Virus record (IMG/VR): IMGVR_UViG_3300017774_003992 | Location: 1-26,138 of that record | Length of the DNA: 26,138 nt | Direction: 5' to 3' (one strand) | Source of the DNA: a virus | Taxonomy: Duplodnaviria; Caudoviricetes | Translations under genes and position numbers: made by a program | Part shown: positions 21,369 to 26,138 of the stretch, one piece after another | Position numbering within the stretch: position 1 is the stretch's first letter | Layout: every line of letters begins with the position of its first letter | Notes under the pieces: model-generated | What the model was told of the DNA's origin: nothing | Seen by the model: only the letters and a program-made list of their open reading frames with translations | Database searches by the model: none

Positions 21369-24300
21369 TTAAAACCTTGAAGCCACATTCTGATAAGGAT
21401 CATTGCCTAATCGAGGAAGACTATTGTACATAGTACTGTTAACTGGGCCATCAACAACACCCTCAGTAAGAGATTGCATTTTTTCTATATCTTTTTGAGA
21501 TCCATTTACGTTAATCTTATATTGCATTCCTGCAACAACTGGATTTAAATATTTTAAATTAGACAAAGAAGGAATATACTTTGGCATGTCTGACTCATAG
21601 GCACTGCCTCCAGGAAGAAGAGGTGGACCTGACATCTCATCAGATGTTCTATCTTTTCTAGCTGAATAAACAAAGCCAAAGACGGCAAGGGCTGCTAAGC
21701 CCATTGCTCCTCTTCTTATTGTTGGGTTTTCATATACCTGTCTTAAGGCTGGGCTATCCATAAAGTCTTGAACTCTAGTGTAGGCTCCATTGGATACAGA
21801 AGACCCCATGTTTAGTGATGATGGATCAGAAGCTATTATTCTGTTAATGTTATCAGGTACGTCGCTAGCTGGCATTAGCAAATCATCTAATGCTCCTGTG
21901 GTGAACTCATCTGCTAGGTTGGATAAGTTCTCTTGAGCATTAAAGTATTTGAAAGCTTCTATTGCGTCACTTTTAACTCCAGCACCTAGGTCGCCAAGTG
22001 AGCGACCTGTTCTATATCTCATAAAGTCAAAGACATCACTATCAAACGTGCTTGGTAAAAACTTATTCTTTTTTTCATATGATTTAATGTAATCTAAGTA
22101 TTGCTTGGCCTCATCTTTGGTAACTTCTGCTAAAGAAACATCTGTTCTTCCACCTCTAATTGCGTTGAAGCTTCGTTGAACGCGTTCGATTGCTTCTTCA
22201 TTTGCAGTTCTTGTAGCATAAGTGCTAAGTTCCCTAGACGTAGCTTTATTGAACAATGTTCTCAATCCTAGCTCTTGATCATCTATTGCAACATCGGAAC
22301 GAAGCAGGGATTCAGTAAAGGTTCTTCCATATTGTGCATTTAATGCGCTTTGAAGTGTGGCGGTAATATCTAAGGCATTAGAACCGGGAACATTTGCAAC
22401 CATTCCTGATATTCCCTGAAAAAATGTAGCAGCTATTTTCTGCTGATGATATAATTTCATTACATCGGAGCCGGCTGAACCTTTCATGCCTTCCTTCATA
22501 ATTCGATCTATTTCATCTAAAGAACCTCTTTGTGATTCAATAAGGTTATTTACTGAGTCGTTGTATCGTGCTATTGGGGTTGGAGCACCTACATTAGTTG
22601 CAAGTCTTGCTCTTCTTTTAGTTAATGCCTCTGCGGAATCTACTGTTTCTCTTATTTCTGTTGCAAATTCATCATAAGATGCGGTCTTTGCATATTCATT
22701 AAAAGCTACGGTTCCTTTTTGTAATCTAATTTTTTCTAGTTTTTCTTTAGCGGTCATCCTATTAAGCTCGCTTATGTACTGATCTACTGCAGCTTTTTCT
22801 ACTGGGTCTGTTATGGTGGTCGATCCGTGTATCATTTCATCTATATAAATTTGAACAATTTTTTCTAGATCTTTTCCTTTAGCTCTTGCGTACGCAGATG
22901 TTTCGCCAAAAAGAGAAGGGTCATAACCAGCTAAGGATCCTTCGTCAATTACTCCCGTTTCTCTTATCTGTTTAGCAATTTGCCTGGCTCTTACAAAGCC
23001 AAGACTTCTACTTTTTTGACGCAATGCGTGTTCGCCAGCGTATCCAAGTTCTACTCTATACTTTACGTTTCCTGCAGCATCTGTAAATTCTGGAAAATTT
23101 CTATATACATCATTTAACATATTTTCTGCAGCTGCTTCGTTAATTGCAATATTTTGACCAGTAGTTAAGCCTAGTGCTTGACCAAATTGAGCTTGTGCGT
23201 TTTCTATCTGATCTAATTGACTCATTCTTAGCCTTATGCCTTCTTCGTCTATACTAAGAATTTGGCCTAAGTTTACTCCTGCGTCAACCGCTTCCGATGG
23301 AGGAATAATGGCTGCAGTGTATTTCATTTTTGCATAATCTGATACAGATATTCTTACAGAGCTTCCGTCCTGCAGTGTAACATCTACCATTTCTCCAGCT
23401 AGTTCATTATTTAGTATATGATCAACTTGACTAGATATAGCTACAGATGCCGCTTGCCTGTTTATGTATAGTCCTAATGTATTATTTACGTCTGGAAGGG
23501 CTGCTTTCATCATTTCGTCTGACATAAGTCGAACTGCTGAAGATGCTCTAATGTAAGCGACAGAGCCTTCCCCTTGTCTGTCTACGTCATCAAGAATATC
23601 TTTTGCTGTAGTAAAAGATGTACCACCCATAATCTCATTATATATTCGAACAAACCTTGCTTCTTGGTCTGCCTTAACCTCATCTGTAATAAGGTTTATG
23701 AAATTTCCTTGACTATACATTGGAGCAGAGCTTGGAGACAAATTAAGTGACTTCATATAGCTTGCGTGATCAATTTTTCCACTTACTAGATGAGCCATAA
23801 CATTATTTGTTCCTAAAGCGGATGCAGATTGATTGACTACTAGTTGGTCTAAATCTCTTGATAGTATCTGATTTAATGGTTTGAAGCCATGATCTTTTCC
23901 GTGAGTGATTCTTAATTTAATTAAGACTTTTTCTATATCAGCTGAAGAGTAACCCAATTCTTTTATCTTCGGTTGCTCTCCATTCATAACTTTTTCAGCT
24001 ATTGATAAAATTTCTCTTTCCTTTACTGACAAAGAGTATATTGCTCGTGGATCGTTTATCAAACCTCTAAAGTCTCCATGTTTGGTTTCTAGTATTGTTT
24101 TTAGAGTTTGATTATGAGTAAGATTAGCTTGTCCAAATATTTTTTCTTGAAGACCAGTTGGTTGGCGATAAATCATGAAAGCCATTCTGTTATTACCATC
24201 AGCGTCCTTAAAGGTGCTCATCATGTCAACACCACTATCGTCTAAGTCAAAGGTTCCTAAAGCATTGTGGTATAACGATGCGGCAGTTCCAGCCATCATC

Positions 24301-26138
24301 ATAGTTTTTCCCTGAAGTGTAAACTGAAGAAAATTAGCCTCTCCAACTCCGTTTGATAACCCCATTAGTGCTGCATTAGGCGATTGTGCCAATTCTTTAG
24401 ATACTTTAACGCTAACTTTTTCGTGAAGCTTCACGCCATCTCCAGCTCTTAGTCTAGACTGATATGTTCTTAAGCTTGTTCTCATAGTGTCTGGCAACGC
24501 TAAGTCAACTCGGTCTCCCTTCATTCTATAAGCTTGCGTAGCAAAATAATTAGTAACTCTTGATAATAGTTGTGGAATGTCTTGTGGCGGCACGCCAGCC
24601 TTTAGCATCTGGCTAATCATGTCTACTTCTTGTCTATTTCTTAATACCGATGCTTTTGCCCCTGGTGCTAAGTCACTAAATTTTATTCCTAAATTTTTAA
24701 CTGGCGCATCTTCTGAAAGACCAAATCTTAACTCGTCTTCTATATCAGAAAAAATAGCTTCTCTTGCTTCTTCTGGAAGAGCTCCTGTTTTTTGAAAATC
24801 TTCTATTAGTTTAATTTTTTGTTTAGCGTTTTCTTTAATTGCTTGCCTAAGCTCTGGGCTATTCATGTATTCTGAGTCATAAGCTAGCATTAAAGGATCT
24901 GAGTATACTATGTTTTTACTTGATTTAGCTACGTCAAATAGTATGCTGGATTGATTAGCGGTAACTTCTGTCTTTAATGCACTTAGGGGCACTAACGCTG
25001 CAATGCCTTTAAATTCTGTTGGTAGATCATCTGCAAAATCTATAAGAGCTGCTTCGCCCTTACCCATAGCTCCTTCGGTAGTCATACCTCCCAAAAAAGT
25101 TCCTTCACCAAAAAACCATCTTGCTATTGAGCTTTTATCTTTTCCTGTCCCAATTGATGTTTTTGCCATTGAATCAATGGCATCGATCTGTCTTGTGTAG
25201 TGATCTATTGCAGCAAATTCCTCTAGCGTTGTTGGTCGACCTAAGTTTGTTAATTTATTTTTTTCTAATATTAAAGCTTTTTTTTGTTCTTTTAAAAAAT
25301 TAAGGTTTGCTATAAATTCTCCATCTCGCATTCTTTCTACTTCTTTAATAGATGCTTTTATGCTTAGTGCAAATTTTTTTTGATCTGGAGTTGCTGTTGA
25401 ACCATCGTACCATTTATCATTCTCTAGTATATCTTTTATTTTAGTATTAAGACCTTCTAAATTACTTCCACCTGAAGCGTACATATTTTTTAAATCATTA
25501 AATATTTGTCCTCTAGTTAAGCCAGGAGATATCTCACTTAACTGCTCCGCTAAAGACCCACTGTAAGTGTCCAATAATGCTTTACCTTCAAGATCACCAA
25601 ATGATGCATTCATTAATCTACGTCTGCCTCCTTCAGTCATATCTATGCCAGCAGACATTAAATATCTATCTATTTTAGAAACATCTTCTGGATTAAATAT
25701 TGACTTAAAGAACAACTCTACATCGTCATAAACATAGGTTTTAGCAGTTAAATCTCCTAATACATCGCCAGAAATTGATACGCCTCTAGGGGACAAAAGG
25801 CTTTGCATTCTTTTCGGTAGTTTGCCAAATTTTCCATAATCTCCACTTAGTACGTCCCTAACAAAAGATGGAGTTAAATCTCCAAGACCAAGTGCATTTT
25901 CTAGATCTTTTGCTTGTAATGAAGTTAGTAGCTCTGTTCCAACATTATAATTTATTACTGTAGCTCCTTCGTCAGTAATGTTAATTTTTCCAGCATTTTG
26001 TACGAATTTATTCTTTAATAAACTTTTAAGATTTTGTGCTTTTCCTAAGTGATTAAATTGAGCATATGTCATTCCAACTTCTGCCCCAGGATCAAGTACG
26101 CTTTCAAGTCCTAGCCTTCGTAATAAATCTCTTTTTAT
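21369..26138 (-). CDS. Very large virion protein (>1589 aa, 5' end outside window): tape-measure/ejection-type, with candidate two-barrel RNA-polymerase motifs and a C-terminal hydrophobic helix
   Basis: The frame stays open upstream of the listed ATG (26072) to the window edge (IKRDLLRRLGLESVLDPGAEVG-MTY). The sequence looks mostly helical, sits just upstream of the hub gene, and has a TM-like segment GAMGLAALAVFGFVYSA near the C-terminus. Motifs GKG...SALK and GTFDLDD...RQP. Confidence 0.6.
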   Translation of the reverse strand: MKRDLLRRLGLESVLDPGAEVGMTYAQFNHLGKAQNLKSLLKNKFVQNAGKINITDEGATVINYNVGTELLTSLQAKDLENALGLGDLTPSFVRDVLSGDYGKFGKLPKRMQSLLSPRGVSISGDVLGDLTAKTYVYDDVELFFKSIFNPEDVSKIDRYLMSAGIDMTEGGRRRLMNASFGDLEGKALLDTYSGSLAEQLSEISPGLTRGQIFNDLKNMYASGGSNLEGLNTKIKDILENDKWYDGSTATPDQKKFALSIKASIKEVERMRDGEFIANLNFLKEQKKALILEKNKLTNLGRPTTLEEFAAIDHYTRQIDAIDSMAKTSIGTGKDKSSIARWFFGEGTFLGGMTTEGAMGKGEAALIDFADDLPTEFKGIAALVPLSALKTEVTANQSSILFDVAKSSKNIVYSDPLMLAYDSEYMNSPELRQAIKENAKQKIKLIEDFQKTGALPEEAREAIFSDIEDELRFGLSEDAPVKNLGIKFSDLAPGAKASVLRNRQEVDMISQMLKAGVPPQDIPQLLSRVTNYFATQAYRMKGDRVDLALPDTMRTSLRTYQSRLRAGDGVKLHEKVSVKVSKELAQSPNAALMGLSNGVGEANFLQFTLQGKTMMMAGTAASLYHNALGTFDLDDSGVDMMSTFKDADGNNRMAFMIYRQPTGLQEKIFGQANLTHNQTLKTILETKHGDFRGLINDPRAIYSLSVKEREILSIAEKVMNGEQPKIKELGYSSADIEKVLIKLRITHGKDHGFKPLNQILSRDLDQLVVNQSASALGTNNVMAHLVSGKIDHASYMKSLNLSPSSAPMYSQGNFINLITDEVKADQEARFVRIYNEIMGGTSFTTAKDILDDVDRQGEGSVAYIRASSAVRLMSDEMMKAALPDVNNTLGLYINRQAASVAISSQVDHILNNELAGEMVDVTLQDGSSVRISVSDYAKMKYTAAIIPPSEAVDAGVNLGQILSIDEEGIRLRMSQLDQIENAQAQFGQALGLTTGQNIAINEAAAENMLNDVYRNFPEFTDAAGNVKYRVELGYAGEHALRQKSRSLGFVRARQIAKQIRETGVIDEGSLAGYDPSLFGETSAYARAKGKDLEKIVQIYIDEMIHGSTTITDPVEKAAVDQYISELNRMTAKEKLEKIRLQKGTVAFNEYAKTASYDEFATEIRETVDSAEALTKRRARLATNVGAPTPIARYNDSVNNLIESQRGSLDEIDRIMKEGMKGSAGSDVMKLYHQQKIAATFFQGISGMVANVPGSNALDITATLQSALNAQYGRTFTESLLRSDVAIDDQELGLRTLFNKATSRELSTYATRTANEEAIERVQRSFNAIRGGRTDVSLAEVTKDEAKQYLDYIKSYEKKNKFLPSTFDSDVFDFMRYRTGRSLGDLGAGVKSDAIEAFKYFNAQENLSNLADEFTTGALDDLLMPASDVPDNINRIIASDPSSLNMGSSVSNGAYTRVQDFMDSPALRQVYENPTIRRGAMGLAALAVFGFVYSARKDRTSDEMSGPPLLPGGSAYESDMPKYIPSLSNLKYLNPVVAGMQYKINVNGSQKDIEKMQSLTEGVVDGPVNSTMYNSLPRLGNDPYQNVASRF

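Noticed and set aside
1459-25303. All plus-strand ORFs in the track (e.g. 1459..1737, 8997..9218, 15697..16026)
   Set aside because: They are short antisense shadows of long minus-strand genes and have no recognisable motifs.
1-26138. tRNA, CRISPR array, promoter or intrinsic terminator
   Set aside because: Once frameshifts are accounted for, the spacers are about 20 nt or less and I saw no cloverleaf, repeat-spacer array or hairpin-polyU. Any recoding tRNA would have to lie outside this window.

Overview
An AT-rich (about 35% GC by eye), almost gapless minus-strand operon from the tail/baseplate module of a large contractile-tailed (myo/jumbo-type) phage. In order of transcription (right to left): a >1589-aa tape-measure/ejection-type protein with candidate two-barrel RNA-polymerase motifs, a small hypothetical protein, a giant baseplate-hub protein with a C-terminal staphylococcal-nuclease-like domain, a virion peptidoglycan hydrolase (M15 Zn-peptidase plus lytic transglycosylase), a spike split over two genes, gp25-like and gpJ-like baseplate proteins, a calcineurin-like metallophosphoesterase and a >1344-aa wedge/Ig-domain protein. 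The main result is that three virion genes are broken by four +1 frameshifts, and every break contains an in-frame CGG codon followed by a purine (CGGA three times, CGGG once). Skipping the C leaves a Gly codon and restores the protein, in one case through a conserved catalytic domain. A manual scan found no other in-frame CGG in about 8,600 codons. This suggests CGG(R) acts as a four-base codon or +1 recoding signal in late genes, but a systematic single-base insertion artefact cannot be excluded without reads. All domain calls are motif-based by eye; no searches were run.
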